A stretch of 32,000 nucleotides of DNA from contig NC_008818.1 of the NCBI RefSeq assembly GCF_000015145.1, positions 1,170,001-1,202,000 of the forward strand, given 5' to 3'. A program made the position numbers and the translations under genes. Every line of letters begins with the position of its first letter. The stretch's first letter is position 1. This document shows positions 9,076 through 17,380 of this stretch, piece after piece. The notes beneath the pieces were generated by a model. The model was not told the DNA's origin. It made no database searches and was given only the letters and a program-made list of their open reading frames with translations. This DNA is from Hyperthermus butylicus DSM 5456. Its GTDB lineage: Archaea; Thermoproteota; Thermoprotei_A; Sulfolobales; Pyrodictiaceae.

Positions 9076-10372
9076 GCCATACCGCCCTCCTCGTAATCAA
9101 GTATTTTAAGGTCCCTATAGCATGGATTAAGGCAGTATAATATATCATCAAGATCATGTACCCTGCAACCACTACACTATTCATATAACCGCATTTCTCA
9201 AGTATGCACCCGGCAACTACGAGAGTTTCAATGCCAATCAGCCATAAATAGACTCCTATAGGCCATACAAGCTCCAGCCGCCCATAGCCTGCTAAAGCTA
9301 GGATCAAAGGCACAATTGTATTCACGTAAACCCATAACCCATTTGTGAAGAAGAGCCCTTGCAGTATATACCCGATCTTCTCGGTAAATGTGAGGTTTTC
9401 ACTGCTAACAGCATCAACGAACGTTTTGAAGAACTCGTCAAGTGTTCCTACGGACCATCTTATCTGCTGCCTCCAGAAGGCGCGTTGAGTCCTAGGCACG
9501 GAGCCGTTAGCGTATGCTTCATGAGAAGCTATAACCTTCAGGTTTGGAATGCTTAATGCCGCGTCAATCGTGAGCCTGAAGTCCTCTGATAAACTGCCCT
9601 CCCTAAACCTCACAGCCTCCAATACACGTCTACTTATCAGGCCGCATGAACCTGTGAAGAAGGGGAATAACCTCAGCCAGTATCTTCCAACAATGTTGAT
9701 TATCGCGCCCGCCATGGATGCACGATAGAGAAGGCCGAATAAAGTGTTAGAGCCCTTCACATGCCTCTGGTAGCCCTGTACAATATCGGCCTCCTCGTCA
9801 AAGGCGAGCTCGACAAGCTTTAAAACCATGTCGGAGGGAGGCTCGAAGTCGGCGTCCAGGATAAGTATGTAGTCAACGTTATACATTTCGAGAAGGATCT
9901 CTATAGCCTCATTTAAAGCACCAGCTTTAAGGCCTTTCCTCCCCTCTCTTTTAAGGTGGAGTATTCTACCATTACTTCTCACCGAGATATTGGAAATTTC
10001 ATGCGATAAGCTTGAGTCGGTTGAATCGTCAACCACTATCGTTATTACGTACGGGTAGTCTATCCTCATAATAGCCTCAAGAGAGGAGAGCACCTCGTAA
10101 TCGTTATAGACGGGCACTATTATACCTACCCTCGGCCATCCATAGGGCGACATCTTCCTAATGTAGCCTCTAGGCCTCGGAGAACCGTTCATTAAGAATT
10201 CAATGAAAGACGATATGTAGAAGACAGCATATACTCCAAGAACTGCGCTGGAGATAACGTAGAGAATGAAGAGTATATCTATGGCGGTTTCTCTAAGGAC
10301 TATAGGCCACCAGTATAGCTCCTTAAAGAAATACTCTATAACCGCATCTTCAAAGAAGCCCATAGCTCTCAC
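9029..10372 (-). CDS. Family 2 glycosyltransferase, membrane-anchored processive type
   Basis: PRVGIIVPVYNDYEVL, DADFEPPSD, TGSCGLISR, SEDFRLT and QQIRW motifs; N- and C-terminal TM segments. Confidence 0.9.
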   Translation of the reverse strand: MRAMGFFEDAVIEYFFKELYWWPIVLRETAIDILFILYVISSAVLGVYAVFYISSFIEFLMNGSPRPRGYIRKMSPYGWPRVGIIVPVYNDYEVLSSLEAIMRIDYPYVITIVVDDSTDSSLSHEISNISVRSNGRILHLKREGRKGLKAGALNEAIEILLEMYNVDYILILDADFEPPSDMVLKLVELAFDEEADIVQGYQRHVKGSNTLFGLLYRASMAGAIINIVGRYWLRLFPFFTGSCGLISRRVLEAVRFREGSLSEDFRLTIDAALSIPNLKVIASHEAYANGSVPRTQRAFWRQQIRWSVGTLDEFFKTFVDAVSSENLTFTEKIGYILQGLFFTNGLWVYVNTIVPLILALAGYGRLELVWPIGVYLWLIGIETLVVAGCILEKCGYMNSVVVAGYMILMIYYTALIHAIGTLKYLITRRAVWHVTSKRGKYERFYSD

Positions 10373-10375
10373 CCG

Positions 10376-11569
10376 CTATTTTCTCGCACATATCTCAAGA
10401 AGGACATCTCTCCAGCCCCTATCCCGGAGAAGACTTGTCAAGTCCTCGAGGCCCACTAGGCTAATCTTGTAACGTTTTGCAACAGCCTCGACTTCAACAC
10501 CTTCATTAAGCTCTCTTACAACCCTGCAAAAATCGTCATCTCTTCTAGCTAAGCCCTCTATAAGCCTCCGTAACCCTTGTTCCCCCCTCAAATAGTAGTA
10601 CTTGTATTTCTTCCACTTGAAGGATGATATTATGCCCCGTGACTCGAGAACATAGATATGCCAAGAGAGAACAGCTTTACCTAGGCCTGTAAGTCTAACC
10701 AGCTCGTTTAGATGGGCAAACCCTTTCTCGCTAAGTATTGATACTAAATATTTCCTAGTACTATGCCTAAGTGCTTTTTCTGGATTAATGCGCCAGTATA
10801 GTATGATTACATACCGTATCTTACGCTGTATTCTCTCCAAATACCTGCTATTAGCCTGTGATGCCTCTAGAAGCCCCATAGCGCCAAGTATTATAAGGGC
10901 ACCTAAGCCCCTCCTATACCACGTAGAGGAAGGTGTCTCGACATTCATGCTTTCAAGAGCTTCTAGTAAAAGCTCCAGGTAGACGTTGTCCCTAGTATCA
11001 TAGTAGGCCCAGACGATGTTAAATGGTATAACTACTAGTAAACCTTCCCCTACTCTTACCCTGTAAAAAGACCCATGCTCATGGACTTGATCTCCTAGAA
11101 TCCCTACTACACGATATTTGCTCACGTTGTAGCCTCTAGGCATATTGATAGGTCCACCAACCAAGTTATCAATGATCCTTACAGGCAGGTCGTATTGGGA
11201 TAGAGCGGGCTTTAGCATCATGACACCATTGTAGGTAGTGACCACGATGCCACTGCCTAACATGAATGTCACGAGCTTCCTGGAGATCATTAAAATTTCC
11301 CGCTCTTCTTCGGGCTTCCAGTTAGGGTCTAGAAGCACTACAACATCCTCAGAAGGGTTGAGCCTCACCTTCCCAAGCTCGCGCAGGCCTACAACACTAT
11401 AGTTTACAGTCACACCGCTAGCCCTGCTGAAATTGAGGAAACTCCTTAAGTAGAAGAAATCATAATCGTCGGTAACCACATACAATATGCTTCTCGAAGA
11501 CGAATCATGCGTAGAAGCAATAGTGAGACTAGCCACCCATACCGGCGACACTAGCACTAGGATAACCAA
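10376..11569 (-). CDS. Membrane-anchored winged-helix regulator with extracytoplasmic domain (true start probably ATG at 11604, frameshifted at a T8 tract)
   Basis: N-terminal hydrophobic segment, about 200 aa Rossmann-like region (ILYVVTDDYDFFYLRSFLNFSRASG...), second TM (LGALIILGAMGLL), then wHTH LVSILSEKGFAHLNELVRLTGLGKAVLSWHIYVLESRGIISSFKWKKYKYYYL. Confidence 0.7.
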   Translation of the reverse strand: MVILVLVSPVWVASLTIASTHDSSSRSILYVVTDDYDFFYLRSFLNFSRASGVTVNYSVVGLRELGKVRLNPSEDVVVLLDPNWKPEEEREILMISRKLVTFMLGSGIVVTTYNGVMMLKPALSQYDLPVRIIDNLVGGPINMPRGYNVSKYRVVGILGDQVHEHGSFYRVRVGEGLLVVIPFNIVWAYYDTRDNVYLELLLEALESMNVETPSSTWYRRGLGALIILGAMGLLEASQANSRYLERIQRKIRYVIILYWRINPEKALRHSTRKYLVSILSEKGFAHLNELVRLTGLGKAVLSWHIYVLESRGIISSFKWKKYKYYYLRGEQGLRRLIEGLARRDDDFCRVVRELNEGVEVEAVAKRYKISLVGLEDLTSLLRDRGWRDVLLEICARK

Positions 11570-11600
11570 TGCCCACAGGAGGAAAAAAAACGTGGAGACC

Positions 11601-12350
11601 TCATAAACCCTCCACCACCCTATCCCTCGCCTTCACCGCTCTCCCTACCACAGCCAGCAGCGACGCTGCTAGAGCTAGCCCTACAAGGCTTAAAGGCGAC
11701 CCTAGCTCAGGAACCTCAGCACCATTAATGTACGCTGTTGCCGCGGCGCCTATAGCATACTCCGATGATGAAAGGTCTATATTAAGTGGCGTTGATGTGG
11801 TAGGCCTTACCCCCACGACCCTTATTTCGCTATCGTCATTACCATTTATAATAGTTGTTCCGTTAAAGGTGAACTGCGTCCACCCGCTAGGTGATCGAAG
11901 CACCCTGATCTCAACAGTAGAGTGGATCGAGCTTACATCGACCTTAAAGTTGGCTTTCTCTATCTGCGTATTCTCTGCAACTAGGACGCCATTAATATAG
12001 ATTGATTCGACGCTCACCTTTCTCCAATCAAGCCATCCATCACTACCTATCCAGATGTGCGCCTTACCAGGAGCCTCATCACTAATATGTACTTCCACTT
12101 CATCCTCGGGGTTCACATCTATCCAACCTAAACCACTTACTTTCATCCGACCTCCCTGGACAACCCTCATTTGCATCACACCATCAACAATCCATGCACG
12201 CCCATCCGTGTTTAACTCGAACTGCTTATAGTCTCCCCTCGAGCGTGCTGGCTGGGCTAAAGCTGGTACCGCAACCAGCAATGCTAATAGCACGGCAACA
12301 ACTACCATTCTTTTCATTGCCTTCTGCATACGCCTGCTCACCTTCAACAC
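11601..12350 (-). CDS. Secreted protein with C-terminal archaeosortase-type sorting signal (putative cognate substrate)
   Basis: Signal peptide MVVVAVLLALLVAVPALAQ; beta-rich middle; C-terminus EVPELGSPLSLVGLALAASLLAVVGRAVKARDRVVEGL = motif + TM helix + basic residues. A better-placed start may be ATG at about 12329 (AAGGTGAG upstream). Confidence 0.8.
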   Translation of the reverse strand: MLKVSRRMQKAMKRMVVVAVLLALLVAVPALAQPARSRGDYKQFELNTDGRAWIVDGVMQMRVVQGGRMKVSGLGWIDVNPEDEVEVHISDEAPGKAHIWIGSDGWLDWRKVSVESIYINGVLVAENTQIEKANFKVDVSSIHSTVEIRVLRSPSGWTQFTFNGTTIINGNDDSEIRVVGVRPTTSTPLNIDLSSSEYAIGAAATAYINGAEVPELGSPLSLVGLALAASLLAVVGRAVKARDRVVEGL

Positions 12351-12461
12351 CCTTCAAAAATTAAATCGACATGTACTTAAAGATCTTATAGTCCGATCCG
12401 CACAAGCCATCGCTAACCATTAAACACGATTATTCAGTACACCTGTTTAATAGCTACGTGT

Positions 12462-12548
12462 CTAGGGGTTCAGTGGGCGTAGTCTTTTAAGCGGCTTTTC
12501 CGGCATCAATACGTCGCCCTTATACCTCACCCTAACAATCTTAGACAT
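12462..12548 (-). pseudogene. Possible truncated AF2212/DUF104-type antitoxin remnant
   Basis: 28-codon ORF MSKIVRVRYKGDVLMPEKPLKRLRPLNP*; N-terminus resembles the MSKxIRVRYExGVLxPLEPL start of that family. Confidence 0.35.
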
Positions 12549-12708
12549 TTCTTCGCACCCCGTGTTGAATATTACCCCCGCAAGCCAATTAGTCTTCCCA
12601 GCCTAGGATGTTTCCAGATTATCAACAATGATACCCCAAGGGATAACCGTTTGTGAAGAGTGTTTCCAACTGATGGTTTCCTCTGGAAACGTAGTTTTTA
12701 ATAACCCG

Positions 12709-12764
12709 GGCCTTTGGAGCCCCCGGGGGTCCCCCGGGTCCCTAATCCAGGCGGGCCCCCCACA
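12709..12764 (+). repeat. Degenerate tRNA-Arg 3'-half-like sequence (candidate decayed attachment site)
   Basis: 12744-12764 AATCCAGGCGGGCCCCCCACA matches 3742-3762 AATCCCGGCGGGCCCGCCACA at 19/21; 12709-12720 GGCCTTTGGAGC matches 3713-3724 GGCCTCCGGAGC at 10/12. Same orientation; about 6 nt extra between the blocks. Confidence 0.45.
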
Positions 12765-12971
12765 CTAATGCCCCTATATAAAGCCTGTCCTTTTCTGAAG
12801 AGTAGAATTCTACATGACCAGCCACAAAAGCTCTACCACCAATACCACCAGACGTGCAAGCAGCCACTATCACGAGGAGTGTACGGGTACAACCCACGTG
12901 AAAGAGGAGAACAATGAGCCTTACCACAATAGGTGGCATTGAATGATAGTGTTGTATTGAGGTACATCTTA

Positions 12972-13826
12972 CTAGTTGTACATGACAATCTCTCTGACGA
13001 AGCTGCATAACGGGTTGCTCCTACACGCAGTTTTCGCGGTTTTCTCGTACTCGTTTAATAGCGTCTTTCTTAGCAGTGCCTCGGGGTCTATTCCGGCCTC
13101 TTTGCTTGTCTCCTTGACCAGGTTGTAGATGTGCTGAACTTGTACTTTGATATGCTTCAGCGCTTGTCTCGAAGCTTTCAGCCCTTTAATGGCGTCGTCA
13201 AGACTCTCCAACAACTTCTGAATGCTAGCGTTTTTCGGCATTTGAAGCCATACTAATAGGATGGTTAACCCGTTAAGTGTGGATGCTCTATCACCATAGC
13301 GTTCTGCTACTCTCTGTGCTCTCTCTAAGGTTGTCTATAGGTTCGCCCTGCCTAGGAGCTTGTCAAGAGAAACCTTGACCTCAACAACTACCAGTTCGTC
13401 TTCTCGATAGCCTACGAAGTCAACTTCGCCTATATCTCCTCCTATGCGGGACAAGGGCCTATACCTTTTCGCCAACAGAAGCGTTACCGTTACTTGCTCA
13501 AGAAGGACTCCCTGATATTTATCCTCCAACCTCTTAAGATCTTCATAGTAGGTTTTTACCACTGGTAGTGCGAGACTATAGCCTAAACGTACGAGGCTGA
13601 CCAGTGTCCGTATAAGCTGTGTGATTTGGATTCCATGCTCGCTCGCCACGCATACTTTGTTTAGCTGCCCCACGATCTTTTCAAGATTCAGAATACTCTT
13701 TTCCACTGCCCTTTCCCAAGCTTTGCGATCTACATAGCCTAGGAGAAAGCTTAGGGCTGCCTTGCGGGCATAACTTTGCTCCATGCGCTTCTCCAGGGCG
13801 AGGTACAGGAGGCCCGCCAACACCAC
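12972..13826 (-). pseudogene. PD-(D/E)XK nuclease-like hypothetical protein split by an in-frame TAG
   Basis: ORF 13335-13826 ends ...IGGDIGEVDFVGYREDELVVVEVKVSLDKLLGRANL*. The same frame continues TTLERAQRVAERYGDRASTLNGLTILLVWLQMPKNASIQKLLESLDDAIKG... to 12972 (31 codons bridge the stop and the next ORF start). Confidence 0.55.
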
Positions 13827-13859
13827 TCCGAAGAACAGTGTGTTACGCCTATCCCTACA

Positions 13860-14023
13860 TGCCTATGCTGGTTGGTTGGTACCCAGCCAGACTCTATGAA
13901 GAACTTTGTGAACAAGTCGGGCGAGACGCTGCCGAAGAGTAGCCAGATAAGCATCACCCGGCGTGTGAGCACCCCAAGCGCGTAGGGCTCTAGGTCATGC
14001 GAAAACCAACACACCCAAACCAC
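13860..14023 (-). pseudogene. Possible fragment of a DUF457/YdjM-like membrane protein
   Basis: MVWVCWFSHDLEPYALGVLTRRVMLIWLLFGSVSPDLFTKFFIESGWVPT resembles the N-terminal H...G/PD pattern of that family; downstream frame is not coherent. Confidence 0.2.
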
Positions 14024-14211
14024 CTTACAGCACAGCCAAATCAGCCAAGAGTATTAAGGTGTTAACTCCTAGCCAGGCATTAGCTGAAACCCTGGACCCC
14101 GCTACCAGTATCGCTTAGACGGTATCAGGGCAGTGCTTTTCTCGGATAAGGCTGGGATGCCGTCTAGCTGTCTAGGTGTAGGGGATTTAGCCGTTAGCGT
14201 TACCGCATTGA

Positions 14212-15129
14212 ATGCCGTGGGGGGCTAGGGACGTGGTGGGGCTTCCAGGGGAGCTGCTTCGGAGTGCCGAGGAGTTTTGCCGGGATGAGTTGTACAGTAG
14301 CATGATTTACCGGGCGCTAGCTGAGATTGAGAAGGATCCACACCGCCGGAAGCTCTTGGAAAAAATCGCGGAACAGGAGTACGAGCACTACCTGTTCTGG
14401 CGCAAGCTCCTCGGACGTGACTGTAGCGTTGGAAGACCCCGGGTTGGCCTCATGGCTGCCGGCTACCGGCTCCTCGGACCAGCATTTACGCTACGACTCC
14501 TAGAGCGGGGCGAAAGAGAAACCATTCGGAAGTACAGGGAGATGCTTCTCCACCTCCCGGGGGCCGAGAGGGCTAAGCTCGAGGAAATCATAAGGGATGA
14601 GAAGGAGCATGAGAGGAGGCTGTTAGAGGAGCTTGAAGATGCCAGGATAAAGTACCTGGGCTACGTGGCCCTAGGCCTCGCAGACGCAATAGTCGAGATA
14701 ACCGGTGTACACACAGGCTTCCTCGGCGCAACCTCGAACACAATCGTGGCCGGCGTGGCCGGCCTCGTCGTAGGCTTCTCAGCCGCAATGTCAATGGCCG
14801 GCGCAGCATACATACAAGCAAAACACAGCAAAGAGGAGAACCCGCCCGTAAGCGCCATAGTAACCGGGATAAGCTACATACTCTCCGTAGTCCTCCTAGC
14901 ACTACCCTACTTCCTCACCAAAAGCATGCTGCTAAGCTTCACAGCAAGCATACTCGTTGGGATCACCTTGACGGGAGCCTTCACCTACTATAGCACGGTA
15001 ATCCAGGAGAAACCATTCACAAGAGAATTAGCCGAGAGCACCGCCCTACTCCTAGGCACAGCAGCCGCAAGCTACGCCTTCGGAGAACTACTAGGAACGA
15101 TACTAGGCATAAAAGGCATAATAGAATAG
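14212..15129 (+). CDS. VIT1/CCC1-family metal transporter fused to an N-terminal ferritin-like (rubrerythrin-type) domain
   Basis: N-terminal helices with E..YSSMIY, EQEYEHYLFWRKLL and IIRDEKEHERRLLEEL (ferritin-like metal ligands), then GLADAIVEITGVHTGFLGATS and VAGLVVGFSAAMSMAGAAYIQ VIT1-type membrane segments. Confidence 0.85.
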   Translation: MPWGARDVVGLPGELLRSAEEFCRDELYSSMIYRALAEIEKDPHRRKLLEKIAEQEYEHYLFWRKLLGRDCSVGRPRVGLMAAGYRLLGPAFTLRLLERGERETIRKYREMLLHLPGAERAKLEEIIRDEKEHERRLLEELEDARIKYLGYVALGLADAIVEITGVHTGFLGATSNTIVAGVAGLVVGFSAAMSMAGAAYIQAKHSKEENPPVSAIVTGISYILSVVLLALPYFLTKSMLLSFTASILVGITLTGAFTYYSTVIQEKPFTRELAESTALLLGTAAASYAFGELLGTILGIKGIIE

Positions 15130-16511
15130 CTACTACATCAACCTCCTATCTACATCATCTGCACACATTACCACAAGGAACCCAAACAACTCTCCATGAT
15201 AGAGCTTGGGGCCAACACCCATTACTTTTCAGTTACCACTAAAACCCCAGCACTACTACACCAAGCTTCTCAGCTACAACTACTTTAGACGCCAAAGGCT
15301 GAGTCATTAAGTTCTGAGGTATCCACAGAAGCCGCTGCCAGGAGAACCCGTACATTCTGGCGTGGACTGGAAGGATCAAGTTAGAGACGCTGGATCTTGG
15401 TGTTAGTGCGAGTTTGTAACTTAGGACTGTACAGTGTGGTCTACATGTGATTTATGGTACAGCTAAGTGCGTGGATCGTACGTATTGCTAGTTGTTACGC
15501 ATAGAAACATACATGTTCCTGCAAGCTGCTATGGCGCTGCCCGGAAATCGATTTGTATAACAGCGCTTTGGGATTACTATGTTGGACTTGTGGAAAAGTT
15601 ACGGTAGTTCTTGCAGTGTACATTATGAATTTGCCTCATTGTTTGTAACCGTAGGAATTTACTTGGGGCTTGCTACGGGTTTAGCAAGTCCTACGACACT
15701 TTCCATATATAGAAAAAGAGTTGCGTTGCAATGAAGGTAAGGGTATCCTACTGGCTTCATCGTAGAACTATACCTATTCATTGCAGTCGTATCGTTTCTC
15801 GTGCTATTACACTATGAAATTGGTTTAGAGTGCATATCTGGAATCTGCATAACACATGTAATCGAAGTCTCATCATGAGCCATGTTGATAGTTAGTATTG
15901 CCTTAGCAATGTATGTTGCCAAGAACATGAGTGGAAAGGGAAAAGTGTTAAGCGTATGATTCTGCCGACATTTATACAGCCCTCCTCTATGTTGGCTGTG
16001 TTGCCAGCCTTGCTGAGACTATAGTCAAAAGGCAGTGAGGGCTCTTGTTTGGCTAAATACAAGCTTCAAGTGGTGGCATAGAATGTGCATACAGCACGTT
16101 TGATAAGAATACCGGTGTTCCATTTCCATCTAAGGGTAGCTCTTCACCCTCAATTACTATCACATTGATTGTACTGCTAGACTACAACTTAGCCTTTAGA
16201 ATCCTCGTCATCCCTAGCTCAGCATCTACCGCATATATTATTAAATATCCAAATATCCTAGCAAGAGGTATGATGAAGTAGCCCGTGCCAGCCCGAAGTC
16301 TACTGCAACCCTACGCTTAGGGATTTCTCTTAACACGGTATCGATTACAAGATCTACAGGCTGCATGATTTTCCTTCAGCTAGACTCGAGAGCCCCGATT
16401 TTAGACGGTGATGCTGTTTACGGGTTCCTCCTGCACTATCATGCATTCAAACCAACCCATTATATTAAAATGGTGTGCTAGTAAAAAGTCTCGCCAGGAG
16501 GCGGTTAACCC

Positions 16512-17123
16512 TTGGCCGCCAACTGTGTATTCAGCCTTGCAAGGAGAAGGCGTAGTATTAGGCGTTACCGTAGGGACCCGGTTAATCTCGAGGATATCCT
16601 ATACGCTATCTCGGCGGCGCTGGAGGCTCCATCGGGCGCTAATCGGCAACCCTGGAGGTTCATAATAGTTGACGACGAGGAGGTAAAGAGGAGGCTTAGA
16701 GAGGAATGTGAGCGGTGGGAGAAGAAGTTCCATGGGAGCGAGTCTCTACCAGGGTGGTTCAAGGAATGGCTTAGAGATAGGGGTATCACTTGGGAGAAGC
16801 CCTTCCTTACCGATGCTCCATACCTCATAGCCGTTGCCGCCTATAAGAAGGCGCCCTACGCACGTGAAAGCACGTGGCTTGCTATAGGCTACCTGCTCCT
16901 TGCACTCGAGGAGAGGGGCTTGGCATCGCTCACTTACACACCCACGAACCCGAGGGCCGCGGCTAGGATCCTCGGGATACCCGAGGACTACACTCTAGAA
17001 GCATTAATCCCCGTGGGCAAGCTCGCGGAAGAGAAGCGCAAGGAACCCAGGATGAGCATTGAGGAAGCCGTACACTATAACGGCTGGGGCCGCAGGCTAC
17101 CAAAACCAGCATCCGAGAGCTAA
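16512..17123 (+). CDS. Nitroreductase-family flavoprotein
   Basis: RRSIRRYRRDPV...ISAALEAPSGANRQPWRFIIV; ...WLAIGYLLLALEERGLASLTYTPTNP...LGIPEDYTLEALIPVG. Confidence 0.9.
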   Translation: MAANCVFSLARRRRSIRRYRRDPVNLEDILYAISAALEAPSGANRQPWRFIIVDDEEVKRRLREECERWEKKFHGSESLPGWFKEWLRDRGITWEKPFLTDAPYLIAVAAYKKAPYARESTWLAIGYLLLALEERGLASLTYTPTNPRAAARILGIPEDYTLEALIPVGKLAEEKRKEPRMSIEEAVHYNGWGRRLPKPASES

Positions 17124-17196
17124 ACTAGTATGAGATCTAGTACTTCCTTATAGCACCTCATTGATGCCAGAAAACGCAGCACGAGGATGTCTCGAA

Positions 17197-17274
17197 TGGC
17201 GGGCCCGCGGGGATTTGAACCCCGGACCTCCGGCTCCGAAGGCCGGCGCCCTATCCTGGCTAGGCTACGGGCCC
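17197..17274 (-). tRNA. tRNA-Arg(TCG), CCA encoded
   Basis: Reverse complement GGGCCCGTAGCCTAGCCAGGATAGGGCGCCGGCCTTCGGAGCCGGAGGTCCGGGGTTCAAATCCCCGCGGGCCCGCCA; anticodon loop CTTCGGA. Confidence 0.94.
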
Positions 17275-17380
17275 ACAAATCCTGCGCGCTACCGTGTTTG
17301 TTATTTCTCCCGGGGTGGGGTTAGTGTTTATGTTTTTGTCTTGCCGGCTTGCACTATGTTTTCATTTGGGGTAGTGTGTT

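Noticed and set aside
12714-12917. Plus-strand ORF MEPPGVPRVPNPGGPPTLMP...
   Set aside because: Starts within the GC-rich tRNA-like block, low complexity, no recognisable family.
3683-17274. Inverted pair of tRNA-Arg genes as ends of one large element
   Set aside because: They are full-length, functional-looking tRNAs with different anticodons in opposite orientation; integration produces direct, partial copies instead.
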